Source: Chiloscyllium plagiosum (taxonomy: Eukaryota). Taken from it: a DNA stretch of 64,000 nt. A program made the position numbers and the translations under genes. This document shows positions 62,663 to 64,000 of the stretch, in pieces (position 1 is the first letter of the stretch; the number at the start of each line of letters is the position of its first letter). A model generated the notes under the pieces. That model did not search any database, had not been told where the DNA came from, and was given only the letters and a program-made list of their open reading frames with translations. Location: assembly GCF_004010195.1 (NCBI RefSeq), contig NC_057744.1, positions 4,754,657 to 4,818,656 of the forward strand, read 5' to 3'.

Positions 62663-64000
62663 TCTGACATAATCCATGATTTGTAGCAGTTTTCCCATAA
62701 GGAGGAACAATGCAAACTCAGTATGGAGTAGATATGATTGAGTGTGGATAATAAACCTGAAATAGCTACCAAAGGATCAAGGAATGGAAAATGGGAGTCA
62801 AATCAAAATTTGCTGAAAAAGCTGAGCTGATCACTGGCATTTATGGAGAGAAATCAGAGCTAACATTTTGGATCCAGTGACCCTTCTTTGAACTAATGGG
62901 GATAGCTGGGAAAATGTGGCTTTTTTTACAGAAGATAGGGTGGGGAGAGTGGGTAAGGATAAGCAATAGGTGGAGATAGAGCCCAAAGTGAGACAAGAAT
63001 GGTTGACAGACAATGGAATGGATAATGGCCTGCCTGGGAGAATGAATAGCTATTAGTGGGGACTGTTAGTGGCTAATCATGAATTCTGTGAAATAGCAGA
63101 CCATATGATAACAAGACCTGGTGTGTGGGGGTTGGAGTTAGGACACAGGAGAAGCTCAAACCCTCAAAGTTCTTTCAACAGAAAGGTGGTGCTGGTATCA
63201 GGAGTGGGTGATGGCAGAGGAGAGGTCTCTGCTGTGTGACACTGGTACAGCTGCTAACCAGAAATCCTATATGGAACTCGTCTACAGTGGAAGTACTATT
63301 TAGGCACTAAGCCGGATCAGGGACAGATCAGAAATAAAATGTTACTGCTGTGAGCAGCGTTAGTTGGATCCCAATAAAAGCAGGTGACTCTGCAAAGGCA
63401 GAGTGAGTCAGGCAACATCATTGGAGAGAGAAATAGCATCTCCGAATCATGGTTTATGAAAGGTCATGACCCAAAATTTTTAAAATCTGCTTCTATCTCT
63501 GCGGATGCATACTGATCTGCTGAGTGTTTTCCAGTATTTCTGCTTTTGTTTTAGATTTCCCTATGAATTAGGAGAAAGAGGAGGACATTCAGTTCCCTTG
63601 AGCCTGGCTCTGCCATTCAACAAGATCACGATTGATTGGAAAGTAATCTTAAATCCACATTCACACCTACCCCTGATGGCCACCTACCCCTTGGTTAATA
63701 AGAATCTATCTTAAACATATTCAAGGACTTTATCTCCATCACTTTTTCAGGAAGAGTTGCAAAGATTCACAACCCTCTGAGAGAAATATAAAGTTGCTTC
63801 ATCTCTATTTTAAACAGGTGACCCTGCATCCACAGTATCCAAACTCCATGCTATTGTGCTTTTATTTGAACTAAACACAGAGAATACTGGAGAAACTTAG
63901 CAGGTCTGGCAACATCTGTGGATAGAGGAACAGAGTCAATACTGTGCCCTGAGTCTAGAACAGTTCTGAAAAAGTGTCATACCAGACTGAAACTGTTCAC

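Overview
Repeat-rich vertebrate DNA. The repeat families (tRNA-derived HE1/V-SINE-like, CR1/HER1-like LINEs, many Penelope-derived palindromes) point to a cartilaginous fish, probably a shark; this is an inference. Three minus-strand genes can be rebuilt from GT-AG signals and exon phase. (1) A complete SC5D (lathosterol oxidase; coding exons 210/133/101/447 nt, 296 aa) with a CpG-rich SREBP-type promoter next to a ~1.5 kb 23-bp minisatellite. (2) A complete JAML-like Ig-superfamily receptor (8 coding exons, 324 aa) with only one V-set domain, a furin-type stalk motif and a cytoplasmic YVTM motif. (3) The signal-peptide exon of the next gene, possibly SCN2B. The best unexpected signal is a CpG-rich, non-repetitive block at ~57560-58290. 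Its frameshifted plus-strand translation is collinear, motif after motif, with about the first two-thirds of the bornavirus nucleoprotein, making it a candidate endogenous bornavirus-like N (EBLN) element. That comparison uses the viral sequence from memory and needs a database search. The window also holds at least four families of Penelope-like elements carrying minimal type I hammerhead ribozyme motifs, several with intact cores and 14-16 bp target-site duplications. Repeat boundaries are approximate.
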